Shown here: in pieces, positions 37,853 to 47,817 of the stretch
Numbering within the stretch: position 1 is the stretch's first letter
Layout of the letters: each line of letters starts with the position of its first letter
Source: a virus
Lineage: Duplodnaviria; Heunggongvirae; Uroviricota; Caudoviricetes
Reading direction: 5' to 3' (one strand)
IMG/VR virus record: IMGVR_UViG_3300035670_007376
Location: 18,905 to 82,904 of that record
Length of the DNA stretch: 64,000 bases
Notes under the pieces: model-generated
Database searches by the model: none
What the model was told of the DNA's origin: nothing
Seen by the model: only the letters and a program-made list of their open reading frames with translations
Translations under genes and position numbers: made by a program

Positions 37853-38207
37853 CCTTATCCCCAACCTTAAAATTGGAACATGTACCTGATGGAAATTCAA
37901 TCACGTGGTCACCAATACCGGTATATCTCTTAGTACATTCCGAGTCACAAGGTTGACAATCTTGGTGAATTCTTGTGATTCTATTATTAAGTACAAAAAC
38001 GATGTCCAAGGGGATTAGACAATCCTTCATCCAAAATGAATGATGACCCTTTCCCATTTTAAAAACCATACAACCATCTAAAGATTGTCTACCCATCATA
38101 CCTTTGGAGGTTTGTTCAGGGGTTGTCATATATTCAGCGGGAAATGTGGTATCACCAATTCTAACGTTCATAACAATAATTATTTGGAATATACAAATAA
38201 TTTTCAT
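37809..38207 (-). CDS. DUF192 (COG1430) protein
   Basis: QTSKGMMGRQSLDGCMVFKMGKGHHSFWMKDCLIPLDIVFVLNNRITRIH...VIEFPSGTCSNFKVGDKV matches the DUF192 consensus. Confidence 0.65.
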   Translation of the reverse strand: MKIICIFQIIIVMNVRIGDTTFPAEYMTTPEQTSKGMMGRQSLDGCMVFKMGKGHHSFWMKDCLIPLDIVFVLNNRITRIHQDCQPCDSECTKRYTGIGDHVIEFPSGTCSNFKVGDKVNLYLGSPQNPVQP

Positions 38208-38218
38208 ATATTTGATTT

Positions 38219-38470
38219 ATGGAGACAATATTCGGAGGACTAATTGAATTTGAAGATAAAAATGAATTGGTTGACTTTGTTGAAAAAGTTGACATTACTG
38301 ATTCAATTAATCTAATTGAAGTGGCATTAAACTATTCACAACAAAGTGGTATTTTTACTATTGAAGAATCACATATTATTTACAAATCATTAAAAAAACT
38401 AAAAGAAACTTATGGATTTAACAGCGGAAATGGAGAACTACAACAAGGTGAAGGAAATAGTCCTGAATAA
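38219..38470 (+). CDS. small hypothetical protein
   Basis: 83-aa ORF. Confidence 0.35.
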   Translation: METIFGGLIEFEDKNELVDFVEKVDITDSINLIEVALNYSQQSGIFTIEESHIIYKSLKKLKETYGFNSGNGELQQGEGNSPE

Positions 38471-38696
38471 ACTTGTTACAGAAGGTCTATTAGAACAAAC
38501 TGATGCGGAGGAATTTAGTGAAAGATGCCAAGTATTGGTATATAAGGGCAAATGGTTTAGTAAGTGGTTTGACAAAAACATGAAGACCGAAAATAACAGT
38601 GAAAATTCATACTATATTCGTATGGTGGAATTGAAAGAAAGAGAAGATGAGGTTGATAGATTATTAAGAAGAACAACAGGAAATTATGACGAATAA
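38412..38696 (+). CDS. small hypothetical protein
   Basis: 94-aa acidic ORF. Confidence 0.35.
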   Translation: MDLTAEMENYNKVKEIVLNKLVTEGLLEQTDAEEFSERCQVLVYKGKWFSKWFDKNMKTENNSENSYYIRMVELKEREDEVDRLLRRTTGNYDE

Positions 38697-38901
38697 AGAA
38701 CCAAAATACTTAACCGATTTTTTCATTTATAAGAAAAAACACCATTGGTTTATCATACCAACGATTATATTCTTTTATCGAAAAGACACATTTTTTGAGA
38801 CAGGAGTTTATTCACCCGCCTTCGGTTTATCTTTTAGGTGGTTAACGTTTTTTATGGGAGTACAAGTTCAAAAAAATATTTATTATAAAAATGGAAAATA
38901 A
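38686..38901 (+). CDS. small hypothetical membrane protein
   Basis: 71-aa ORF. Confidence 0.3.
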   Translation: MTNKEPKYLTDFFIYKKKHHWFIIPTIIFFYRKDTFFETGVYSPAFGLSFRWLTFFMGVQVQKNIYYKNGK

Positions 38902-39289
38902 CGAAGTTAAACCTTGGCATTTATTAATTTTCACATCATTATGTCTCGTGATGATTTATATGATTTACAGCCACCCAATAAAGGTGGTTGAGAAGAATGA
39001 AAATAACTGTAAGGACGATTCGTTAAGATTAGTGATAGAACAGTTACAATCAGAACTACAAATCGAAGAAGATGGTTGGGACAAAAGAGAGAATAGATAT
39101 GAAAATATCATTTTTGAATACGAATACGGTATTAGTTATTTAAAAGAGAATCATCCAAGTGCTTATAAAGATTTTCATAGAATAATCGGGTATCGAGAAC
39201 GATATTCACATGAACTTGAGAGAGATAATAAAAAAAGATTAAGTATAGAAAATGGCAACACTGTGGACATTCGGAGACAGTCTTACTGA
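38891..39289 (+). CDS. hypothetical protein with N-terminal TM segment
   Basis: 132-aa ORF. Confidence 0.4.
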   Translation: MENNEVKPWHLLIFTSLCLVMIYMIYSHPIKVVEKNENNCKDDSLRLVIEQLQSELQIEEDGWDKRENRYENIIFEYEYGISYLKENHPSAYKDFHRIIGYRERYSHELERDNKKRLSIENGNTVDIRRQSY

Positions 39290-39884
39290 AGGTTATAACA
39301 TAAAATATGAATGGTCTAAATCATATATCGATTGGAAAGGATATACCCCAAAAGTACATGGCGAAGTCATATCAGAAAAATTAAACTTAGATTTAAGAAA
39401 TTTAGGTTTAGGTGGGTCCGACAATTATTCAATCTTTCAAAATTTTTGTGACGTTTCAAATAAAATTAAGGAAGATGATATAGTAATTTTCGGATGGTCA
39501 AGTCCAATGAGATTTAGATTGGTAGGTAATCATAATACATGGAAAACATTTATTCCAAACTATACAAAAAATCTTAGTGACATCAACGGAATTAGCATTA
39601 ACACAATAAATGAATTATTAATTCATAGAGATAATGTTAAATTTGTTGAAGAGGTGAATAGCTGGATAACACTAATTGATAATTTTTTGGTCAACGTAAA
39701 TCATGTTCATTGGACAATATTTGATGACAGAATAAAGGCACATATGATTAGAGGTCTTAACACAATAAAGAATGAAACCAACGGGGATGTTGATGACGGA
39801 CATTTTAGTGAGGAAGGACAGTTTCAATTATCAGAAAAATTAATTCATCTTTTATCAATTAAAAATAAAAATACATTAATATGA
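39252..39884 (+). CDS. SGNH/GDSL-family hydrolase (esterase/acyltransferase)
   Basis: N-terminal WTFGDSLTEGY is the GDSx block-I motif. Confidence 0.65.
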   Translation: MATLWTFGDSLTEGYNIKYEWSKSYIDWKGYTPKVHGEVISEKLNLDLRNLGLGGSDNYSIFQNFCDVSNKIKEDDIVIFGWSSPMRFRLVGNHNTWKTFIPNYTKNLSDINGISINTINELLIHRDNVKFVEEVNSWITLIDNFLVNVNHVHWTIFDDRIKAHMIRGLNTIKNETNGDVDDGHFSEEGQFQLSEKLIHLLSIKNKNTLI

Positions 39885-41068
39885 ATACAATAGATTCTAA
39901 ATACCAAGATTTATTACAAGATATTTTAGATAACGGAGTCAAGAAAAGTGATAGAACTGGTACTGGTACAATATCCGTATTTGGAAGACAAATTCGACAT
40001 AAAATGTCACAAGGGTTTCCATTACTTACAACAAAAAAAATGGCGTGGAATGTCATGGTTACTGAACTCTTATGGTTTTTACGTGGAGATACTAATATCA
40101 AATTCTTATTGGATTACGATTGTCACATTTGGGATGGTGATGCATATAAGAACTACACTAAAAAAATTAATGATGTTATTGATGGATATAAGTGTGGTGA
40201 TATAATGGGGATGCAACCACATATGGAAGTTTGGTTTAGTGATTCTGATAAATTAACACCATTAACTCAAGAAGAGTTTATTGATAAAATCAAAACTGAT
40301 GATGAATTTGCTAAAAAGTGGGGTGAATTAGGACCAATTTATGGTAAACAATGGAGAAGTTGGAATGTGGAATCTACTTATATTGGGGATGGAGATTGGA
40401 AAGCAGGCGTAGATATTGACCAAATTGCAAATCTAATCTCTGAACTCAAAACAAATCCCAATAGTAGACGTTTAATGGTTAGTGCTTGGAATGTAGGTGA
40501 ATTAGGTCAAATGGTTTTACCACCTTGCCACTATGGATTCCAAGTTTACACTAGAGAGTTAACAGGAGAAGAAAGATGGGATTTGTTAAAGAAGAAAGTC
40601 GGTGAAGATAATTTCCAATTGATGGTTGAAGATATCGTCCCATTCGGTGGAGGATTAAGTGAGGAATTACAGGTATATAAAATCCCTAAAAAGGCAATCT
40701 CATTAATGTGGAACCAACGTTCTGTTGACACCTTTTTAGGTTTACCATTTAACATTGCATCATATGCTTTATTATTAGAAATCCTTGCAAAGGAAGTGAA
40801 CATGATACCTGATGAATTGGTTGGTAATTTGGGTGACACTCATCTATATTTGAACCATATTGAACAAGCGAAAGAGCAAATCAAAAGGGAACCATATGAT
40901 TTACCAAAAGTTGAAATCACAGAAAGGAATTGGTATTTACACCACAAAGTAAAAGAACATCTAGGTGAAAAAACATTTGAAGAAAAAATAATGAGTTATA
41001 GACCTGATTGTTTTGAATTAATTGGGTACATTTCTCACCCAAAAATAAAGGCACCTTTAAGTAATTAG
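39881..41068 (+). CDS. thyA: thymidylate synthase (ThyA) with large insertions
   Basis: RTGTGTISVFG, catalytic MVLPPCHYGFQVY, DLGPIYGKQWR, PFNIASYALL. Confidence 0.9.
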   Translation: MNTIDSKYQDLLQDILDNGVKKSDRTGTGTISVFGRQIRHKMSQGFPLLTTKKMAWNVMVTELLWFLRGDTNIKFLLDYDCHIWDGDAYKNYTKKINDVIDGYKCGDIMGMQPHMEVWFSDSDKLTPLTQEEFIDKIKTDDEFAKKWGELGPIYGKQWRSWNVESTYIGDGDWKAGVDIDQIANLISELKTNPNSRRLMVSAWNVGELGQMVLPPCHYGFQVYTRELTGEERWDLLKKKVGEDNFQLMVEDIVPFGGGLSEELQVYKIPKKAISLMWNQRSVDTFLGLPFNIASYALLLEILAKEVNMIPDELVGNLGDTHLYLNHIEQAKEQIKREPYDLPKVEITERNWYLHHKVKEHLGEKTFEEKIMSYRPDCFELIGYISHPKIKAPLSN

Positions 41069-41179
41069 TCATGGAAGAAAGAAAAGAAAAAATTGTCCAA
41101 GAGATAATTAAATTAAAAACAGAAAAAACTCTTGAATCAAAAAGTAAAATACAAAAACTCCAACAAGAGTTAGATAACA

Positions 41180-41491
41180 TTGAGTATGAAAAACAAAACA
41201 AAGAAAATCTATAAGGAATGGAAAGACGCCACATGGTTTGAAATTTTTGAAGGAATTAGAGACAATTTCACATTTGGTTTTATTGGTGCAACTTTGGTTG
41301 TATTCATTGCAACAAAAACAGATATTGCGGTTTTTGTTGGATACGTAACGTACTATTTTTATATGGGTAAGATTGTGAATCGACCTAAATATGTTACAGA
41401 CTTGGGGAAGTTGATAGTATTCCCAATCCCATCTGCTTTAGGTGCTTTTACGGGTTATAAACTATCTTATTACATATTATCGTTATTATGA
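41180..41491 (+). CDS. small membrane protein
   Basis: 103 aa with two to three hydrophobic segments. Confidence 0.4.
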   Translation: MSMKNKTKKIYKEWKDATWFEIFEGIRDNFTFGFIGATLVVFIATKTDIAVFVGYVTYYFYMGKIVNRPKYVTDLGKLIVFPIPSALGAFTGYKLSYYILSLL

Positions 41492-41955
41492 GAAAATATT
41501 TTTTAACATTATTAGTGATTTTTTCACTAAAAGTTAGTGCACAAACACCCGTTGAGAAATTCGATGATGGTGTTTTTACTGAAGACACAACATTAAATAA
41601 GTTTATTTTAAAGTGGTTAGGTAAACCTTATAAATTGGGTGGTAAAACCGAAAAAGGAATCGACTGTTCCCAATTTAATAAAAGATTATATCGAGATGTT
41701 TATAACTTAACACTTGAAAATGTTTGTTACAAACAATGGAATCAAACTGGTAGGGTTAAAAAAGACAGTTTACAGGTTGGAGACCTTTTATTTTTCAGAA
41801 GTAAGTTATCCCCAAGTGGATGGCATTGTGGAATATATATAGGAAATACCTATTTTGTTCACGCAGCAAATAGATACGAGGGTGTTAAAATCAGTTCAAT
41901 TTCTGAACCGAGATACAACAAAACTTTTAGAGGTGGTGGTAGAATTAAAAATTAA
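41488..41955 (+). CDS. secreted NlpC/P60-family peptidase
   Basis: Signal peptide MRKYFLTLLVIFSLKVSAQ. YKLGGKTEKGIDCSQF has the catalytic Cys and HCGIYIGNTYFVHA the catalytic His. Confidence 0.75.
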   Translation: MRKYFLTLLVIFSLKVSAQTPVEKFDDGVFTEDTTLNKFILKWLGKPYKLGGKTEKGIDCSQFNKRLYRDVYNLTLENVCYKQWNQTGRVKKDSLQVGDLLFFRSKLSPSGWHCGIYIGNTYFVHAANRYEGVKISSISEPRYNKTFRGGGRIKN

Positions 41956-42083
41956 GACCTACCCTGTCCTCTATATTTTTTAGGTTTTTGGTCCTTAGGT
42001 CCGTAAGATTTACGAGCTTTACCTGTACTTTTTTTACCGAATACTACTTTCATTGATGATGAACTTCCTTTTGCTTTTGCCAT
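41952..42083 (-). CDS. possible small basic protein (43 aa), antisense in an intergenic region
   Basis: Hand translation gives MAKAKGSSSSMKVVFGKKSTGKARKSYGPKDQKPKKYRGQGRS. This could be spurious. Confidence 0.2.
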   Translation of the reverse strand: MAKAKGSSSSMKVVFGKKSTGKARKSYGPKDQKPKKYRGQGRS

Positions 42084-42128
42084 AAAAATATTTTTTTATA
42101 TAAATACGTATATTCTAACTTTTTTTTA

Positions 42129-42136
42129 TATATTTG
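42129..42136 (+). promoter_or_regulatory. Bacteroidetes -7 element TATATTTG (no clear -33)
   Basis: Matches TAnnTTTG, 22 nt upstream of the ATG at 42159. Confidence 0.35.
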
Positions 42137-42158
42137 TAACATCTTAAAATACATAAAA

Positions 42159-44042
42159 ATGGAAGATATAATTACACAAAGATTTTCATACTCGAGCATT
42201 ACCCCATATAAGGATTATTGTCGTTTAGATGAAAAAAAAGACCTATCCACCTCTTTTCAAAATAATTTAGATGGTCTTTCGGAGGTTGATGATTTATTTT
42301 CATTTTTATCGTCAACCAATAAGGAAAAAACAAATTCTAAATATGTAGGTAGAATTATATCATTACCCGAAAAAAGGAAAAGAAGAGTACATTATTTTTC
42401 CACGACTGATACTGTACAAGAACGATTTGAAATTACCTATGCATATAAAAATCCAAAGAGGTCAAATACTTTTGAGACAACCAATAATAGACATATAAAG
42501 AGTCATTATGGTAGACCATTTAGTTCTATTTCGGTAAACACTATCGAAAGGTCAATCAGAAAGAGGGAGGACGTCGTGACGATTAAAGTGTATGTATCAT
42601 CTAAAATTAGGAGTTTTAATTCAATTTATTTTAGAAAATCGTATACCGTTTATTCTCTTTCGATAAATTTAAAAACTGGCAATTTTACAACCGGTACAAT
42701 TACAAAATCGGGTAAAAAATCTGGAAAAACATTTCGAGTAAACAATTTCATGGAGTTATCAAGAATTGTTACCGGTAAATCATTTTTAAATGTTCATGGA
42801 TTTATCTCATCCGATAGTGTTTTAAAAAATGAATTTATTCAAATTTTTGATAATCTTGAATTCACAACCCAAATCCAAAAAGTATTGGGTATTGATTTAG
42901 GATGTGTATCATATAGCTCTAACCCAAATCAGTTTGTAAGTGATTTGTGTAAAATTTTTATAAAGAAAAAAAACATAAAAGTCCCGAATGGGGACTATGA
43001 ATTTTGGATAAGTAGGTACTATCCAACTGAAAAATATCTAAAAAAGAACGATAGAAAATTAATAGCATCGATTCTGGATGTGTTTAATATTAAAACAAAG
43101 TTCACCATCAAACTTTTACATGAATACCCAAGTATAGATTTGTTCGGTTTAATTTCGTTCTGTTCTTATTTTGGAAACGACTATTCAAAATACATTAGTA
43201 GTTTACAACCACATGTCTTTGAAAATTCTGTGAGAAAAGTAAAAAATGATGATTATGTTAATAATAAATCATTCATTTTAAATAATGTCACAAAAAGTTC
43301 CTACCATTTAACCGATAATGAAAAAGAAAATTTAATTAGGGTTGCAAACAGTATCCAATACTCATCTGATGGTGTTTTTAGTGAAAGAATGATTCAATTA
43401 TTTAATGACCACTTCAAGATGATTGAAAAGGTTAGGGATTATGATTCATCTTTGTTTATGAAATCAAAAACAATCGATGAGTTCAACGACGAACATCGAG
43501 AATTAACTAAAATGGTTTCCGCAATTAAAAAAGGTTGGGTCATTGAATATCAGTTTAACGAAAAGATGGTTGAGGACATTGAGAAACCGATTCCATTAAA
43601 AATAAATTTGGGGTCAGAGGATAATCCGGTATATGCTGACGATATTGACATATCATTTTATCCATATATCCTTAAAAGAGAAGAGGAGTATATTGAAGAG
43701 GGTTCCTTTATGCATCACTGTGTTGCAACATATGCGGATAAAGATAAATCTATAATCATATCGGTTAGAACCGAAAATAGTATGGATAGAGTTACATGTG
43801 AATACAATTGTCAAGATGGTAGATTAATACAATCGAGACATTTTTGTAATAAACAACCGCCAGCCGACATGGAGTACGCAATAGAGGATTTAACAATTAA
43901 AGTACAAAAATATGCGAGGCTAGGTTTATTACACAACACCGACAAGAAAAAAGTTCCATTAAAAATTAATGGTGTAGAGGTGGTTAGAGAAAATCCAACA
44001 TCTTGGATGGACGCAGTTTTTGGTGTTGCGAGAGAGTTTTAA
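42159..44042 (+). CDS. large hypothetical protein (tandem paralog A)
   Basis: 627 aa. Shares blocks with ORF 44020 (PSILDVFNIKTKF / PSILDYYNIKSKY, EGSFMHHCVATY / EGFVMKNCMSKQF). Confidence 0.5.
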   Translation: MEDIITQRFSYSSITPYKDYCRLDEKKDLSTSFQNNLDGLSEVDDLFSFLSSTNKEKTNSKYVGRIISLPEKRKRRVHYFSTTDTVQERFEITYAYKNPKRSNTFETTNNRHIKSHYGRPFSSISVNTIERSIRKREDVVTIKVYVSSKIRSFNSIYFRKSYTVYSLSINLKTGNFTTGTITKSGKKSGKTFRVNNFMELSRIVTGKSFLNVHGFISSDSVLKNEFIQIFDNLEFTTQIQKVLGIDLGCVSYSSNPNQFVSDLCKIFIKKKNIKVPNGDYEFWISRYYPTEKYLKKNDRKLIASILDVFNIKTKFTIKLLHEYPSIDLFGLISFCSYFGNDYSKYISSLQPHVFENSVRKVKNDDYVNNKSFILNNVTKSSYHLTDNEKENLIRVANSIQYSSDGVFSERMIQLFNDHFKMIEKVRDYDSSLFMKSKTIDEFNDEHRELTKMVSAIKKGWVIEYQFNEKMVEDIEKPIPLKINLGSEDNPVYADDIDISFYPYILKREEEYIEEGSFMHHCVATYADKDKSIIISVRTENSMDRVTCEYNCQDGRLIQSRHFCNKQPPADMEYAIEDLTIKVQKYARLGLLHNTDKKKVPLKINGVEVVRENPTSWMDAVFGVAREF

Positions 44043-45471
44043 ACTACAACTTTTAAATAAATCCATATATATTCTATGTATGGATTTATTGTTTAAACAT
44101 AACCAAACAAAAAAAGAAAGAAAGGGGTACTCCGAATCTAAATGTGATTTAAAACTATTCTCAAACGAGAGTCACATAACATATTTGGGTGTCTTTGATT
44201 TAGAATATAGTCGATACGGAACAAAAAAACACATCACATTCGAACACACATTAACCATTAATTTAAATAATGGTGATGTTGATGTAATATATCGAATTAT
44301 TAACGACAAATTAAGTGATGATAAAATTTTCAGAACAACTCACAAAAATAAACGTAACGACTTTAAATTAATATTTGAACTGACCGAAAACGGATTTTAT
44401 CGTGGCGAAAAGAGAATTAATTATTGGGGAGTACGTTACGAAAGAGCCTTAGAATTTATCACAAACACAATCTACGATAGTTTAAAAAATAAATTTAAAA
44501 CTGATTTTTTTATTGATAAATCATATGATAAATGCAGTTTCAATAAACTATACGAAATAATTGTTGATTTTCATTTAGACATGAAAAATATAAAGGGACA
44601 CGACGGGGTGTACTTAGATATTCAAAATAACTACCCCCAAAAGAAATGGTTAATAAAAAATGATTACAAGTTCCTACCATCAATCTTAGACTATTATAAT
44701 ATAAAGTCAAAATATCTAATCGGTGAACTGAATAGAAATTACGATAAGTCAATTCATATTGATTCGTTAAACTATTTGTGTAAGTTATTTGGTGAAAATT
44801 ATATCGACTACATTAAGAAAATAAATTGGCACAATCACTGTTACGACCGACCACCCAATAAAAAAATCCATGTTTTGAAAAATGAATCAGAGAAAAATTC
44901 TATGGTGTCATTAATTAATAAGTGGGAAACAACTACTTTGAGAACTGACTCATTAATATACAACATTAATAAGTTATTATCGATGAGGGAACAGTTGGAA
45001 GAAAAACAGTATGATTTAAAATTCAGAGCAAAAAACGATACTGATTTTGAGAACACATTAGAAACATGGTCAGGAATAAAATTACACATATCCAGAGGAT
45101 ATCGATTAAGATACTCAATACCTGACGATTTATTAAATGAAGTTCAGTTAGATATTGTTGTGAATGGTGAGACATTTAAAATTAAAATCATCTCATCGGA
45201 AGATGACTTCAGACAAGAAGGTTTTGTTATGAAAAACTGTATGAGTAAACAATTCCCAAACGGAGCAATCTACTTGTATATCTCATTACAACATAAACGA
45301 AAAAGAGTTAATCTACAATATAGAAAAGGGGAGTTAGTACAATCGTATGGTAAGGCAAATACAAAAGTTTTACCCCTATTCAACGAAGCAATAGAGGTTT
45401 TAAACAATAGATTGAAACCTTTTAAAGATGTTATATGGAAAAAAGAAAAATATGATATCCTAAATCATTGA
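44020..45471 (+). CDS. large hypothetical protein (tandem paralog B)
   Basis: 483 aa, paralog of ORF 42159. Confidence 0.5.
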   Translation: MVLRESFKLQLLNKSIYILCMDLLFKHNQTKKERKGYSESKCDLKLFSNESHITYLGVFDLEYSRYGTKKHITFEHTLTINLNNGDVDVIYRIINDKLSDDKIFRTTHKNKRNDFKLIFELTENGFYRGEKRINYWGVRYERALEFITNTIYDSLKNKFKTDFFIDKSYDKCSFNKLYEIIVDFHLDMKNIKGHDGVYLDIQNNYPQKKWLIKNDYKFLPSILDYYNIKSKYLIGELNRNYDKSIHIDSLNYLCKLFGENYIDYIKKINWHNHCYDRPPNKKIHVLKNESEKNSMVSLINKWETTTLRTDSLIYNINKLLSMREQLEEKQYDLKFRAKNDTDFENTLETWSGIKLHISRGYRLRYSIPDDLLNEVQLDIVVNGETFKIKIISSEDDFRQEGFVMKNCMSKQFPNGAIYLYISLQHKRKRVNLQYRKGELVQSYGKANTKVLPLFNEAIEVLNNRLKPFKDVIWKKEKYDILNH

Positions 45472-45500
45472 TTATCAATAAGAAAAAAAATTAAAAAAAA

Positions 45501-45531
45501 TTTGTGATTTTCTAAATTATTATTAAATTTG
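45501..45531 (+). promoter_or_regulatory. Bacteroidetes-type sigma-A promoter TTTG-19nt-TAAATTTG
   Basis: TTTG at 45501..45504, 19-nt spacer, TAAATTTG at 45524..45531, 26 nt upstream of the ATG at 45558. Confidence 0.6.
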
Positions 45532-45557
45532 TATCAACAACAAAACTTATTAATAAA

Positions 45558-46538
45558 ATGAAAAAATCAATCGTTATTCTCGATTTGTTCGCCGGTTATG
45601 GTGGAGCAGAGTTATCAGCAAATTATGCAGGTATCAAAGTGAAAAAAAGTTACATCAGTGAAATCGAACCATCAGCGTTAAAGGTTCTGAAAAAACGTTT
45701 TCCTAATGCAATTTTTGTTGGTGACGTAAGAAAATTAAAAGGTAAAGATTTCTTAGATGCGAATCTGATTTGTGCAGGGTCACCTTGTCAATCCTTTTCA
45801 ATGGCTGGTAGAAAAAAAGGAATGGTTACAACTACAAATGTTGAAGTCAGAACCTTGAAACAATACTTAAAATTGAAAAAAGAGGAATTTCAATTCGAGG
45901 GTCAATCTTATCTATTTTGGGAATTTGTTAGATTGAAAAAAGAAATCACAGATTTACAAAAAAAGATGGGTTTACCTGTTGCTAAGTTCTTACTAGAGAA
46001 TGTCGATATGACAGAAAAATGGAAAAGAATTATATCTGATGCTGTTGGAGTTGAACCTGTTTTATTTGATGCGGCATTAGTAAGTGCACAAAGTCGACTT
46101 AGATTATTCTGGACTGATATTGCAAAAATTGAAGTTCCTGAAGATATGAACATAAAACTTGGCGATGTTATCAAAGGTGCCGAAAATGGTGTAGGCTTTA
46201 GAGGTAGAAAAGTCGGTGGAGATGATTTCTATACATACCCACAAACAACAAGGAGAGACAACAAATCAAACTGTTTAGTAACCACATTGGGTAGTACCAC
46301 TAAAGATGGGAAAAGATATGGTACCGGTTTCATTGTAACAAAGAGTGGTGTTATTAAACAATTAACAATTGAACAAGCCGAAATGTTACAAGGTTTGGAA
46401 CCCGGTTATACTAATGTCGAAGGTGTGTCAAAAACCGCAAGAATTAAAATGATTGGTAATGGTTGGCCAATACCTGTCACAGGAAGAATCATATCTTATT
46501 TGAAAAAAGATAAGACTAAGGTTTTGAAAAATAATTAA
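45558..46538 (+). CDS. dcm: DNA (cytosine-5)-methyltransferase
   Basis: Motif I LDLFAGYGG, motif IV GSPCQSFSMAG, motif VI LLENV. Confidence 0.9.
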   Translation: MKKSIVILDLFAGYGGAELSANYAGIKVKKSYISEIEPSALKVLKKRFPNAIFVGDVRKLKGKDFLDANLICAGSPCQSFSMAGRKKGMVTTTNVEVRTLKQYLKLKKEEFQFEGQSYLFWEFVRLKKEITDLQKKMGLPVAKFLLENVDMTEKWKRIISDAVGVEPVLFDAALVSAQSRLRLFWTDIAKIEVPEDMNIKLGDVIKGAENGVGFRGRKVGGDDFYTYPQTTRRDNKSNCLVTTLGSTTKDGKRYGTGFIVTKSGVIKQLTIEQAEMLQGLEPGYTNVEGVSKTARIKMIGNGWPIPVTGRIISYLKKDKTKVLKNN

Positions 46539-46558
46539 TATTCCTTATATTATTGTTT

Positions 46559-46723
46559 ATGCAAGAGAAAGAATCAAAAACAAATAGTCACTTTTGGATA
46601 AGTTTAGTAAAATCAGGCATCAGAATTGGTGCCTGTTTTTTCCTTTTCCATGGTCAAGTCGGTAATGCCGCAATTTCATTAGGTTTAGCGGAGGTACTAG
46701 GTATTGCCGAAGAAATCTTTTAA
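46559..46723 (+). CDS. unannotated small ORF (54 aa, amphipathic or membrane)
   Basis: Hand-translated MQEKESKTNSHFWISLVKSGIRIGACFFLFHGQVGNAAISLGLAEVLGIAEEIF. Fills the gap after dcm. Confidence 0.35.
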   Translation: MQEKESKTNSHFWISLVKSGIRIGACFFLFHGQVGNAAISLGLAEVLGIAEEIF

Positions 46724-46724
46724 C

Positions 46725-47033
46725 ATGAATTTCTATCTATTACATTCATTTGTAAAAAAAAGTAAAATGAAAACATTTAAAGACTTAGAATTCGAAATTT
46801 TAACCGATGAGTTTATGTCGGGAAAAAAGGGAAGAATCCAATTTGATAATAAATTTGGGGCTTCAGTTGTTAGTCACACTTATTCGTATGGTGGTAAACA
46901 AGGGTTATATGAGTTAGCAGTTCTATTTGAAGATGAACTTCACTATGATAATCCTGTGGCACAAGGAGATGTTAGGGGTTATCTAAGTGAGGAAGAAGTC
47001 ACTGATTTATTAATTGAAATACAAAAACTATGA
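46725..47033 (+). CDS. hypothetical protein
   Basis: The track start at 46704 is a TTG inside the small ORF. The first ATG is at 46725. Confidence 0.4.
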   Translation: MNFYLLHSFVKKSKMKTFKDLEFEILTDEFMSGKKGRIQFDNKFGASVVSHTYSYGGKQGLYELAVLFEDELHYDNPVAQGDVRGYLSEEEVTDLLIEIQKL

Positions 47034-47323
47034 AAATCCTAACAGAAATCAAGTTTTACTTGGTAGTTGTTATATTATCTTTTTTTGGTCTTTTGGTAAA
47101 CTACCTTTACTTAAAAGATAGGTTAAACAATGTGAATAAAGAATTAGGTGAATGTAAAAAATCTAATTCAATATTGGAACATAATGTTGATTCTCTAATT
47201 ATGGAGAATTACCCTTGTCAAATCGAAATAGGTCGATACCAAATGGCGTATGAAATTCTCTTGGAGAGAAATCCAAGTGCGGCGAAACAATACGGTGACA
47301 TAATCAGTAACGAAACCGAATAA
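47030..47323 (+). CDS. hypothetical protein with N-terminal TM
   Basis: 97-aa ORF. Confidence 0.4.
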   Translation: MKILTEIKFYLVVVILSFFGLLVNYLYLKDRLNNVNKELGECKKSNSILEHNVDSLIMENYPCQIEIGRYQMAYEILLERNPSAAKQYGDIISNETE

Positions 47324-47324
47324 A

Positions 47325-47654
47325 ATGGGAAACGAAAATTCAATCGACTTAGACAAAGGTTCATCTTTCATTGACGTAAGTGCTGGTGAACATGTTAATA
47401 TCAAAACTTCAACCATCGTAAAAATGTACGAGATATTCACGGTGGTAACTGAAGAAGGACCAGTCTCATTAAACGTTACAATTACCGCAGACTTTAATGA
47501 GATACCGAAAAGGTATCAAGAGATTTTCCTAAACGTACTTACATCAAAGTATATGAATAAGGTTAATTTTGGTACTAATCCATTTTCAGAATGTAAACCA
47601 GTTCAAAAAAAGAAATGGTGGCAGTTTTGGAAAACTCAATATTTCACAAATTAA
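47325..47654 (+). CDS. hypothetical protein
   Basis: 109-aa ORF. Confidence 0.4.
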   Translation: MGNENSIDLDKGSSFIDVSAGEHVNIKTSTIVKMYEIFTVVTEEGPVSLNVTITADFNEIPKRYQEIFLNVLTSKYMNKVNFGTNPFSECKPVQKKKWWQFWKTQYFTN

Positions 47655-47664
47655 AACTACACAA

Positions 47665-47817
47665 ATGAAAATTTTAGGTTTATTATTTATCATGGTTTTT
47701 TTGTGGACCACCTATGAAATTTGGAGGGCACCATTAATAGAAGAAATGGAAAATGGTGACTTTAAAATTAAAAGACCAGCGAAAAAATTAAGTGACTTAT
47801 GGCGAAAGCAACGTTAG
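47665..47817 (+). CDS. small membrane protein
   Basis: The internal ATG of track ORF 47569 (MKILGLLFIMVFLWTTYEIW...) avoids overlap with the upstream gene. Confidence 0.35.
   Translation: MKILGLLFIMVFLWTTYEIWRAPLIEEMENGDFKIKRPAKKLSDLWRKQR

Noticed and set aside
39859-41234. ORFs 39859..40101(-), 39948..40205(+), 40546..40839(-), 40917..41234(-)
   Set aside because: All nested in or antisense to thyA, whose frame is confirmed by catalytic motifs.
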